DNA from: Patescibacteria group bacterium
GTDB lineage: Bacteria > Patescibacteriota > Minisyncoccia > Phycocordibacterales > PALSA-1337
DNA length: 64,000 bases
NCBI GenBank assembly: GCA_038065395.1
Contig: JBBTRB010000003.1
Span: 85,800 to 149,799 of the forward strand
Direction of reading: 5' to 3'
This document shows, piece after piece, positions 10,027 to 18,195 of the stretch. How positions within the stretch are numbered: position 1 is the stretch's first letter; each line of letters opens with the position of its first letter. Both the position numbers and the translations under genes were made by a program. Under the pieces are notes generated by a model. It was not told where the DNA came from. It searched no databases and saw nothing but the letters and a program-made list of their open reading frames with translations.

Positions 10027-10290
10027 TTAAACTAGCTTCTTGAGGGCGGCCATTGCACGAGACTTGGTACGTGCAGCAGTATTGGCCTTGATGTAACCGG
10101 TTTTGACGGCTTTATCGAGTGCCTGATAGATGGTAGGGATGAGTTTGGTTGCATCTGCCGTGTTTTTTGCAGCGAGGAGTTTGCGGAAATCCTTCATCTG
10201 CTTCTCGACCGTGCCCTTGCGGCGAAGGTTGAAAACGCGCTTCTTCTTTGAGGCGCGGAGGGCTTTCTTGGCTGATGAAGTGATTGCCAT
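10027..10290 (-). CDS. rpsT: 30S ribosomal protein S20
   Basis: 87 aa, basic; MAITSSAKKALRASKKKRVFNLRRKG matches the S20 family. Confidence 0.85.
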   Translation of the reverse strand: MAITSSAKKALRASKKKRVFNLRRKGTVEKQMKDFRKLLAAKNTADATKLIPTIYQALDKAVKTGYIKANTAARTKSRAMAALKKLV

Positions 10291-10368
10291 ATATGTGTGT
10301 ATGAAGTTACCATAGCCTTGAAATAAAGTAAAGGAGCGTACTGTTGTATTCTTGGTATACTAGTGACT

Positions 10369-10944
10369 ATGATCTCTTCCCTACGCGGTACCATCATCGA
10401 ATCCGGCGACAAGCATGTCACGATCGACGTCAACGGCATTGGTTACAAAGTGTACGTGACCGACTCGACCCTCCATACCCTCTCCAAAGAGACTTCAGTG
10501 TCGCTCTGGACGTATCTCGCTGTCCGAGAGAACGCTCTCGATCTCTATGGTTTCATCTCCCAGAAAGAACGTGGCCTCTTCGAACTCCTGATCACGATAT
10601 CAGGTATCGGGCCCAAGTCTGCACTCGGTATCATCTCACTCATCGATGCTGACACGCTCGTCCGCGCAGTCCGTAGTGGCTCGACATCGCATCTGGTCAA
10701 AGTCTCGGGTATCGGCAAGAAGACTGCCGAGAAGATCGTACTCGAGCTCAAGGATAAACTCGGTGGTCTCTCTGATATGAGTGAAGAATTCAGCACCGAC
10801 ATGTCGAGCGATGCCGACACCATATCTGCCCTGGTTGCTCTCGGCTACGATGCCGGCGAAGCACGTGACGCTCTCAAGAAAATCTCCAAGGATCTTACGG
10901 ATACGGGTGCCAAGGTCAAGGCTGTGCTCAAACTGTTAAGCTGA
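10369..10944 (+). CDS. ruvA: Holliday junction branch migration protein RuvA
   Basis: MISSLRGTIIESGDKHVTIDVNGIGYKVYV...ISGIGPKSALGIIS...VSGIGKKTAEKIVLELKDK shows the OB domain and tandem HhH motifs. Confidence 0.85.
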   Translation: MISSLRGTIIESGDKHVTIDVNGIGYKVYVTDSTLHTLSKETSVSLWTYLAVRENALDLYGFISQKERGLFELLITISGIGPKSALGIISLIDADTLVRAVRSGSTSHLVKVSGIGKKTAEKIVLELKDKLGGLSDMSEEFSTDMSSDADTISALVALGYDAGEARDALKKISKDLTDTGAKVKAVLKLLS

Positions 10945-11050
10945 TTCTCCACAGGTTGTCCACATCGTTTGGGATGGCGACGGGAGTATACTTTTGTAAA
11001 CCCGCTCTTTTCAAAGGAGCTCCTCGTAAACCAGTACATTAGGTGAACAT

Positions 11051-11854
11051 ATGAATACACTCGAGATGGCGATTGAACCTCTATCGGTTACTCAATCAAT
11101 CCAAAAAAATGGCTACGCATTGATTCCGTGGCCGAAACATGAACTCGAATCACTGGCCCAACGTGTCATGATGGGCTGGAACAAGTTCCTCGCTGAACCC
11201 TTGGAATCGAAAATAAAATGGTCGATCCCAAGCAAACATGCAGAAGGAACTGACAACGGGTACATGTCTCGCAATCATGAGAAAAAGCTGGATGGCAAGA
11301 AACATGACGACAAGGAATTCTTCCACTACCGTCGACATCTAAGCTCACTTCTGGAGGAACAAAATCTTGTGACGGGCGATCATCGCCAATTCCTCCTGGA
11401 CTGCGACAGACTCTTCATTGCGTGTCGGAACAAGGCACTAGAGGTTGCAGGACATCTCAGTGAGCTGGTACCAAACATGGATTTCTGTTCCATGATGCAA
11501 CATCCGTTCGCTGAATGTCGTCACGTCATGAGACTCCTCTCATACACAGCTCAACCCGTAAAGGGCAAGAAACTGGCAGAAGGCCACGAAGACCGATGCG
11601 CCTTCACGCTTCATGTTTGGGAGAACAAACCTGGTTTGTTCATCACAACTCCAGACAAGGGGGTCGTAGAATACACCGCAACACCCGGAATGATTGCTAC
11701 CTTCCCTGGCGCCAAGATGGCCCTCATCACAGAAGGGCTCCTCTCTGCTCGATACCATGGAGTCGTTGGTCGCGAAGAATCCGCCGGGGAACGCCGGCAG
11801 TCGATCGTCTTCTTTTCTCACGTGGAGCGAGAAGATATCAAATTGTTTGTGTGA
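11051..11854 (+). CDS. 2OG-Fe(II) oxygenase superfamily protein
   Basis: 267 aa with the H-x-D...H...R-x-S arrangement: EGHEDRCAFTLH, ARYHGV, RQSIVFF. Confidence 0.45.
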   Translation: MNTLEMAIEPLSVTQSIQKNGYALIPWPKHELESLAQRVMMGWNKFLAEPLESKIKWSIPSKHAEGTDNGYMSRNHEKKLDGKKHDDKEFFHYRRHLSSLLEEQNLVTGDHRQFLLDCDRLFIACRNKALEVAGHLSELVPNMDFCSMMQHPFAECRHVMRLLSYTAQPVKGKKLAEGHEDRCAFTLHVWENKPGLFITTPDKGVVEYTATPGMIATFPGAKMALITEGLLSARYHGVVGREESAGERRQSIVFFSHVEREDIKLFV

Positions 11855-11927
11855 CATTTTGCTCCTGGCCGGTCTCTCACGAGGCCGGCTTTTTGATTAT
11901 TCCCCCCACACTCTATATACTAGTTTC

Positions 11928-13229
11928 ATGCTCGACACCACTCTCAACAAAATCCGCTCTTTCATTCCAGTGAAACTCTTTCGATCACTCCAGCCGATAT
12001 ATCATTTCTCCTTGTCTTTCGTGGCGGCGCTGGTCTACCGATTCCCTTCACGTCATATCAAGATCATCGGAGTCACCGGTACCAAGGGCAAGAGTTCGAC
12101 CGTAGAGATACTCAGTGCCATCCTCGAAGAGTCTGGATACAAGACAGCGCTGTCGAACACGATCCGATTCAAGATCGGCGCGGCTTCTTCGGAAAATCTC
12201 TACAAGATGAGCATGCCCGGAAGATTCTTCGTCCAGCATCTCATCCGTCAGGCTGTCGATGCGCAGTGTGACTACTTGATATTAGAGATGACGTCACAAG
12301 GCGCATTGCTGCACCGACACAGGTTCATCAATCTCGACGCGCTCGTCTTCACCAATCTTTCACCAGAACACATCGAGGCTCATGGTTCGTACGAGAACTA
12401 TCGCGATTCCAAGCTTTCGATCTGTCGTACCTTGAAGTCCTCTTCGAAGAAAGGTTGCGCCATCATCGCCAACGGTGACGATCCTGAGAGTTCACACTTC
12501 CTCGCTTGCGAAGCCGATACCAAGACCACCTTCGGTCTCTCCGACGCCGAACCTTACACGATCAAGAAAGACGGCATCGACTTTACCTATCAGGGACAAA
12601 AGATATCTTCCCCTCTGTCTGGACTCTTCAACCTCTACAATATTCTCGCCGCCGCAACTGCCGCACGGAGCCAACAGGTACTACCCGAGACAGTTGCACG
12701 CGCTGTTTCGAAATTCTCCGGCATCCTTGGCCGTGTACAAAAGATCGAAGCAGATCCCGCCTTCGCCAAGGCTTCGGCGGGCAAGCAGGATTTCACCGTC
12801 ATTGTCGACTATGCACATACGCCCGACTCACTCGAGAAACTCTATCAGGTCTTCCAATCCTCACGCAAAATATGCGTGCTCGGTGGCACCGGCGGTGGTC
12901 GCGATACGTGGAAGCGTACAGAGATGGGGCGTATCGCCGACACCTACTGTGACGAGATCATCCTGACCGACGAAGACCCCTATGACGAAGATCCGAAGAA
13001 GATAGTAGACGATGTTGCTAGTGGTATCACCACCAAAAAGCCGACCATCCTCATGGACAGACGCGAGGCTATCCGCGAAGCTATCACTCGTGCAAAAACA
13101 GGAGACACCGTACTCATAAGCGGCAAAGGCACTGACCCCTATATCATGGGACCAGAGGGCACAAAGACTGAGTGGAGTGATGCGAAAGTTGCGAGAGAGG
13201 AGCTAGAGAAGATACTCGGGAAGAACTAG
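11928..13229 (+). CDS. murE: Mur ligase, UDP-MurNAc-tripeptide synthetase (MurE-like)
   Basis: IIGVTGTKGKSST P-loop, DYLILEMTSQG, DYAHTP. The ATG at 11928 (MLDTT) was chosen to avoid overlap with the upstream gene; the track ORF starts at 11694. Confidence 0.75.
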   Translation: MLDTTLNKIRSFIPVKLFRSLQPIYHFSLSFVAALVYRFPSRHIKIIGVTGTKGKSSTVEILSAILEESGYKTALSNTIRFKIGAASSENLYKMSMPGRFFVQHLIRQAVDAQCDYLILEMTSQGALLHRHRFINLDALVFTNLSPEHIEAHGSYENYRDSKLSICRTLKSSSKKGCAIIANGDDPESSHFLACEADTKTTFGLSDAEPYTIKKDGIDFTYQGQKISSPLSGLFNLYNILAAATAARSQQVLPETVARAVSKFSGILGRVQKIEADPAFAKASAGKQDFTVIVDYAHTPDSLEKLYQVFQSSRKICVLGGTGGGRDTWKRTEMGRIADTYCDEIILTDEDPYDEDPKKIVDDVASGITTKKPTILMDRREAIREAITRAKTGDTVLISGKGTDPYIMGPEGTKTEWSDAKVAREELEKILGKN

Positions 13230-14507
13230 CTATATCACCTCGACGCCGAAGGTACGATTGAGAACTTCGATGGTCTTGCTGCCCACTCTGTCTTTCTCAT
13301 CGGTGATACCGTGTTTCTTTTGGAACAGATCGAGAGACTTTTTGGTACAGACGCCGAGCTTGCCCGTTCGAGGACAGTCGTTCTTGCTCATCGGTACCGG
13401 AGGATATACCCCATCGAGCATCAGTGCGGTCTGGAGTGCGAACACATCTATCCCCTCTGTACTCTGACCTGCAACCTCGTTCTTCCAGGTATGGGGTAGA
13501 GCAACGGTGTCATAGAAACGATCATAGTTCACTGCGCTCTCTGGATCGAAAAAGTCTGACATGCCGATATATGTCTGGTATGCGATATCTCGGATAGCGA
13601 GCGGTCGTATCTCTGCATTCATGAAATGTGGTTCGTATATATAGCCATACTCGATCAACATACTGGCGGCACCGACCGTGTTGTAAGGACCGATAGCGAT
13701 GAGCTCCTGATCTTCGACGATACCCGTACTCTCTGGAGCAAAATCACTGATCGGTGAGTATTTCGAAAGTCTACCGAAGATCGTACTCGCCAATGCACGT
13801 GTCGTCGTACTGTTGATGTATTGTTTCTCAGGTACATAGATAGAGAAACCGGAGTACGAGCCCGGCTCAGATATTCTACGGCGCGGATAATCATTGAGAT
13901 GGAGATGGAGCACGATGTCGATATCATTATCTTGTACCCATTTGTTGATGCCATAGAGACGGATCGCCACATTGTTCGGAGCAGTCACATGCTCGACCGG
14001 CGGAACACTGAGTTCGAACTTGCCTATTTCCATGAGCTCGATCGTTTCGGATTTGTGAGCGTCTTTCCAGGCAATGATCTCCTCCCAGTTATTCTTGAAA
14101 TATTCTTGGAACTCTGGTTTCCATGACACCGTATCGCGCGTCACGAAGACCTGGTAGCGTGGATTCTTGCTCAAAAGTGCCGAGATCTCATCGGCAATAG
14201 AGACAACCACATCTCGCTCTTTGACTACACCGAACTCGGTCCCTCCGAAGTCTGGCTCATGTCCAGGCACAAGGAGGACGCGGACCTGGGTACGAGGTCG
14301 TCTGCGATCGACGTCGTATCTGGAGCGGAGGTCATCGACCGTCTTAGCACGGCCAACCATGATGATCGATGCGATCTGGTCGCCCACCCGGTCAAACGCT
14401 GACATGATCGATCCGATCACACCGGGTGTCTGTGGCGAATAGTGATCGGCCACCCACGGTGCACCCAATAACAAAAGTGCTATGCTCGTCGCCAAGAGAT
14501 ATCTCAT
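13230..14507 (-). CDS. N-acetylmuramoyl-L-alanine amidase with C-terminal peptidoglycan-binding domain
   Basis: Signal peptide MRYLLATSIALLLLGA. LVPGHEPDFGG fits the MurNAc-LAA amidase type, and the C-terminal CPRTGKLGVCTKKSLDLFQKKHGI fits a PG-binding motif. Confidence 0.65.
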   Translation of the reverse strand: MRYLLATSIALLLLGAPWVADHYSPQTPGVIGSIMSAFDRVGDQIASIIMVGRAKTVDDLRSRYDVDRRRPRTQVRVLLVPGHEPDFGGTEFGVVKERDVVVSIADEISALLSKNPRYQVFVTRDTVSWKPEFQEYFKNNWEEIIAWKDAHKSETIELMEIGKFELSVPPVEHVTAPNNVAIRLYGINKWVQDNDIDIVLHLHLNDYPRRRISEPGSYSGFSIYVPEKQYINSTTTRALASTIFGRLSKYSPISDFAPESTGIVEDQELIAIGPYNTVGAASMLIEYGYIYEPHFMNAEIRPLAIRDIAYQTYIGMSDFFDPESAVNYDRFYDTVALPHTWKNEVAGQSTEGIDVFALQTALMLDGVYPPVPMSKNDCPRTGKLGVCTKKSLDLFQKKHGITDEKDRVGSKTIEVLNRTFGVEVI

Positions 14508-14526
14508 ATGTAATAGTATACCCCAT

Positions 14527-15468
14527 ATGCCCGAATTGCCCGAAGTACAAACAACCGTCAACGGTCTCAACCGTACGATCGTCGGCCTGCGCATTGCCAA
14601 TGTCTGGTCGAATTACGACAGTTCATATTTCAAAGATTCACAAACCATCAAAGATCCTGCATACTTTGTGGTTTTCAAAAAGATCGTCATGGGAAGTACA
14701 GTAGTGTCAGCAGAGAGACGTGCCAAGAATATACTCATCCATCTCGACAACGGTCAGACCATCCTTATCCACATGAAAATGACCGGTCACCTCCTCTACG
14801 GCACCTATAGGTTCGATGCCTCCCTGCCGAAAGATCCGTGGCAGCCTGTCGAGCCCGAGAGTCTCAAAGATCCTTTCAACCGTCACGTTCGCTTCCTGAT
14901 CTCCTTCGACGATGGCACGTCGCTGGCACTCTCTGATGTGCGCAAATTCGCCAAGGTCACGGCGAGCCCCTCGGCCATCCTCCACGAGTCAGAACATCTC
15001 CGAGAGATCGGTCCAGAACCTCTCGATCCTGATTTCACCTTCGAGGCATTCACCACACGCATCGACAAAAGACCGAATGGCAAGATCAAACAAGTTCTGA
15101 TGGATCAGAGTATCCTCGCCGGTATCGGCAACATCTATGCCGACGAGTCCTTGTGGCGCGCAAGTATCCACCCGCTCACTCAGGTAAAGTCTGTTTCGAC
15201 CCTTCAACGCAGAGAATTATTCCAAGCAATCCTCCAGACCCTTTCACGAGGAATTGATTTTGGTGGCGACTCCACATCTGACTATCGCAATATCGATGGC
15301 GAGAAAGGTTCTTTCCACGAGCAGCACTACGCCTATCGCATGACAGGTACTCCCTGCCAGAAAAAAGATTGCATCGGCACCATCACCCGCATCGTCCTTG
15401 GCGGCAGAGGTACACACTTTTGTAGTGAGCATCAGAAATACGTGAAGAAAAAGGCTGCACACAAGTAA
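14527..15468 (+). CDS. mutM: formamidopyrimidine-DNA glycosylase (Fpg/MutM)
   Basis: MPELPEVQTTVNGL N-terminus and a C-terminal zinc finger (C...C...C..C); ATG at 14527. Confidence 0.85.
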   Translation: MPELPEVQTTVNGLNRTIVGLRIANVWSNYDSSYFKDSQTIKDPAYFVVFKKIVMGSTVVSAERRAKNILIHLDNGQTILIHMKMTGHLLYGTYRFDASLPKDPWQPVEPESLKDPFNRHVRFLISFDDGTSLALSDVRKFAKVTASPSAILHESEHLREIGPEPLDPDFTFEAFTTRIDKRPNGKIKQVLMDQSILAGIGNIYADESLWRASIHPLTQVKSVSTLQRRELFQAILQTLSRGIDFGGDSTSDYRNIDGEKGSFHEQHYAYRMTGTPCQKKDCIGTITRIVLGGRGTHFCSEHQKYVKKKAAHK

Positions 15469-15525
15469 TTGCTGACCCTCTTCGCAGGCGCCACGTTCAA
15501 TACTTGTCACCCTCAGTTAATATAT

Positions 15526-15905
15526 GTCATCCCCGCGAAAGCGGGGATCCAGGATCATACCACTGACATGATAGATCCTTCCATTGAGGATTAGACTTCT
15601 CGATCAATTCAAGTTTCCACTTCCTACTCCACTTCTTAAGCTGTTTTTCTCTTGTCAAAGCAGCATTCACATCTATGGTTTCTTCAAAATATACTAATTG
15701 AGATATATCATATTTTTCAGTGAATCCAGGTATTATTTTGTGTATATGTTCGTATATACGACGTTCGAGATTATTGGTTACTCCAATATATAATGTTCCG
15801 TTTCTTTTGTTAGTGAGAATATAGATGTAGTAACTCATACCTACGATTGTAGCTAACTAACATACGGGATGCTAATCCTGGATTCCCGCTTTCGCGGGAA
15901 TGACA
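15526..15905. mobile_element. GIY-YIG gene bounded by 31-bp inverted hairpin repeats (candidate autonomous member of the hairpin-TIR repeat family)
   Basis: Left TIR 15526-15556 tgtcatccccgcgaaagcggggatccaggat; right TIR 15875-15905 atcctggattcccgctttcgcgggaatgaca, its reverse complement with two T/C changes. The subterminal aggatcaY is shared with the MITE-like copies at 35259 and 62618. Confidence 0.5.
15527..15838 (-). CDS. GIY-YIG nuclease family protein (YhbQ/COG2827-like URI domain)
   Basis: 103 aa: YIYILTNKRNGTLYIGVTNNLERRIYEH is the GIY-YIG core. The last 9 codons and the stop lie inside the left hairpin repeat. Confidence 0.7.
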   Translation of the reverse strand: MSYYIYILTNKRNGTLYIGVTNNLERRIYEHIHKIIPGFTEKYDISQLVYFEETIDVNAALTREKQLKKWSRKWKLELIEKSNPQWKDLSCQWYDPGSPLSRG

Positions 15906-15916
15906 CCAGGAGAAAA

Positions 15917-16399
15917 CTACCTGTCCAAAATTCGATACAAGAAAATCCCCGCAGATACTGAAACGTTGAGCGACTCCTTGTGCCCCGCAAGAGGGATCTC
16001 GGCGATCACATCTGCCATCTTGAGAATTTCTTTTGAGACTCCTTCAACTTCATTACCCAAAATAATTACCGCCTTATCACCAACTTCAACGTCTTTATAA
16101 TCAGCAGAATTCTCCGCTTGCTCAAGGGCAATGATCTCAAATCCTTCTTGTTTTAATTTCTCCAGAAGTGTCGTAGCCTCTGAAACTAGTTCCCAGGCAA
16201 CAGTCTCCTCTGCCCCGAGTGATACTTTGGCGAAATCTTTCCTTTTATTCTTGAATCGATCGAGCGGCGTCGGTGTTGTGCCGATACAATAGATACGAGA
16301 TATGCCGAGCGTATCAGCCGTACGGAATATCGAGCCAACATTGTGAACACTGCGGATATTGTCGAGCACCAGGCGTATATCTCTCTTTTTTGCTATCAT
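15917..16399 (-). CDS. TrmH/SpoU family RNA 2'-O-methyltransferase
   Basis: VLDNIRSVHNVGSIFRTADTLGI...ALEQAENS...AIILGNEVEGVS...IPLAGHKESLNVSVSAGIFLY shows SPOUT motifs. Confidence 0.75.
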   Translation of the reverse strand: MIAKKRDIRLVLDNIRSVHNVGSIFRTADTLGISRIYCIGTTPTPLDRFKNKRKDFAKVSLGAEETVAWELVSEATTLLEKLKQEGFEIIALEQAENSADYKDVEVGDKAVIILGNEVEGVSKEILKMADVIAEIPLAGHKESLNVSVSAGIFLYRILDR

Positions 16400-16433
16400 A
16401 CACATACATTACCCAACCATAACCAATACATCA

Positions 16434-16796
16434 ATGCTTTCTCTTTTTCCATCGCTCTTGAGTTGGGGCCAACTCTCCCCTTTCATCCTCCGCATTATCC
16501 TCGGCTGTGTATTCCTCTACTGGGCATATACCGCGATCCGTAGCAAAAACATTTCTACTATCGAATACGTATTCGGATATATCGAAGGGGTCGCAGGACT
16601 TCTTCTCATCGCTGGTCTTTGGGTCCAGGGCGCGGCACTCGTTGCCTGTATCAAACTTGTAGGGTGCATCATCGGTAAGATCCGCACAGGCGCCTTCCTG
16701 ACCGATGGAGTCAACTACTATCTGATCCTCCTTGCGATCGCAGTCTCTCTTCTTCTGACAGGTGCAGGTTTCTTTGCTTTTGACTTGCCCCTCTAA
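16434..16796 (+). CDS. DoxX-like small membrane protein
   Basis: About 120 aa with four hydrophobic helices; start set at the internal ATG (MLSLFPSLLSWGQLSPF). Confidence 0.4.
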   Translation: MLSLFPSLLSWGQLSPFILRIILGCVFLYWAYTAIRSKNISTIEYVFGYIEGVAGLLLIAGLWVQGAALVACIKLVGCIIGKIRTGAFLTDGVNYYLILLAIAVSLLLTGAGFFAFDLPL

Positions 16797-16855
16797 GGAG
16801 CGATCCGACAACGCATATTGACGAAAGGGTCAAATTGCTAGTATATTGTTGAAAC

Positions 16856-16928
16856 GCGCCCATAGCTCAGGTGGTAGAGCAACTCCCTTTTAAGGAGTGG
16901 GTCCTTGGTTCGAATCCAAGTGGGCGCA
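16856..16928 (+). tRNA. tRNA-Lys (anticodon TTT)
   Basis: GCGCCCATAGCTCAGGTGGTAGAGCAACTCCCTTTTAAGGAGTGGGTCCTTGGTTCGAATCCAAGTGGGCGCA; anticodon loop CTTTTAA. Confidence 0.85.
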
Positions 16929-17009
16929 CATTGCATCTATGTAGCATTATGCTACTATAATAGGCATATATGGCTTCGGCCTTCCCCTGAACAGGGGTTA
17001 ATACGAAAA

Positions 17010-17046
17010 GGCGTATCATCCTATAATAGCGATGATGCGCTTTTTT
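17010..17046. terminator. bidirectional intrinsic terminator between tRNA-Lys and the MazF-like gene
   Basis: Hairpin ggcgtatcatc-ctataatag-cgatgatgcgc followed by tttttt on plus, with an A-run before it (T-run on minus). It overlaps the last codons of the MazF-like ORF. Confidence 0.4.
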
Positions 17047-17426
17047 AATTCCTCAAAATCTTTCGTGGACATAGAACCTATTTTATATTTAAGTCTCTTA
17101 CTATCTATCAAACGAAGCTGGGACAGATTTGCCGTACTCACGGAGTCTATTCCGTGTCGAAATTCAAAGTAATATTTTCCAGACTTATTTCTTGAAGTCA
17201 GGGGTATGCCCCACAAAGTCTCCTTGTTGAATTTCTTTAAAATGACAACGGGTCGTAAAAATTCTTCGCCTTTACCATCCTGTTCAAAGCCCACATTCAT
17301 TCTCAGCAAGGAAAACCAAACATCCTTTTCATTGAAAAATGGAACTCTCGAGCCATTCTCATGGAGATCATACTTTTGGATATGCCACTTTTGAAAATCC
17401 TTTTTCATTGCGCACAAGTATATCAA
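17016..17426 (-). CDS. MazF/PemK family endoribonuclease toxin (apparently orphan)
   Basis: RPVVILKKF...LWGIPLTS...GKYYFEF...VSTANLSQLRLIDSKRL...IGSMSTKDFEELKKRIIAIIG aligns with E. coli MazF (RPAVVLSPF...YPFEVVL...ADQVKSIAWRARGATKKGTVAPEELQLIKAKINVLIG). Confidence 0.6.
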   Translation of the reverse strand: MIYLCAMKKDFQKWHIQKYDLHENGSRVPFFNEKDVWFSLLRMNVGFEQDGKGEEFLRPVVILKKFNKETLWGIPLTSRNKSGKYYFEFRHGIDSVSTANLSQLRLIDSKRLKYKIGSMSTKDFEELKKRIIAIIG

Positions 17427-17457
17427 CCGTGCACATAGAAAGCTACCTATAGTGATC

Positions 17458-18192
17458 CTATCCCCTCAACTCCAACATCACTCTCTCCACTGCCAATTCA
17501 GAATCCCTCATCCCTCGATGAGCGTCGTGATATATGACGACCAGCCGTTCGAGAAGTCCTGATAATTCTTCCTTGGAATAATTCTGTGCATGTTTTTTTG
17601 CCTTGGAAAAAACAAAAGGGCTCAAGCCTGATGCAGGAGCAGTCGAGGCACTCTGCGCGACGATCATCGACTTCACCTGCCAGAACAACGTACCGATAAT
17701 ACTCTCAGCTTCGATCCCCTGTTCGACTGCCTGACGATAGAGTGTCCATGACATGAGAGAGTTACGCGAGCCGAGTGCATCAGCGAGCGCAAAGATATTA
17801 AAAGTTTCTTTACTTGAATCTTGAATCTTGTCTCTTGAATCTCCTGTCTCTACTATTTTCTCTGCATATTTCTCGAATCCTTTCTTAAGCTCAGCGACAA
17901 CCTTGCCTTCCAGGATGATAAAAATATTCGTCGACTCTTTCATGAGCGGAAGCAGATCGACCAACTCTTCCTTAGCTGTCCGATCCTCTGTTACACGATC
18001 GAGAAAGACGATGTACTTACTAGAAAAAAGACCTTGGCCTCCGGTATTTTCTTCGACGGCTCCACGACTCCAGCTATCAGCATCGATCTTCACGAAAGAA
18101 GCATCAGGGCGTTTTGTGCGTAGTGAACTCACCAACGCATGAGCCTTGTCGACACTCGTCTGTGTATCTGTTCCATGGAAGACGTAAAGCAT
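17458..18192 (-). CDS. holA: DNA polymerase III subunit delta (HolA)
   Basis: 244 aa, MLYVFHGTD...LYRQAVEQGIEAESIIGTLFWQVKSM; its stop lies 3 nt from the polA start. Confidence 0.6.
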   Translation of the reverse strand: MLYVFHGTDTQTSVDKAHALVSSLRTKRPDASFVKIDADSWSRGAVEENTGGQGLFSSKYIVFLDRVTEDRTAKEELVDLLPLMKESTNIFIILEGKVVAELKKGFEKYAEKIVETGDSRDKIQDSSKETFNIFALADALGSRNSLMSWTLYRQAVEQGIEAESIIGTLFWQVKSMIVAQSASTAPASGLSPFVFSKAKKHAQNYSKEELSGLLERLVVIYHDAHRGMRDSELAVERVMLELRG

Positions 18193-18195
18193 GTG

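Noticed and set aside
11694-11927. Long 5' extension of the murE ORF (track start 11694)
   Set aside because: It overlaps the preceding 2OG-oxygenase gene by 160 nt and has no Mur-ligase homology. The internal ATG at 11928 precedes the conserved N-terminal region.
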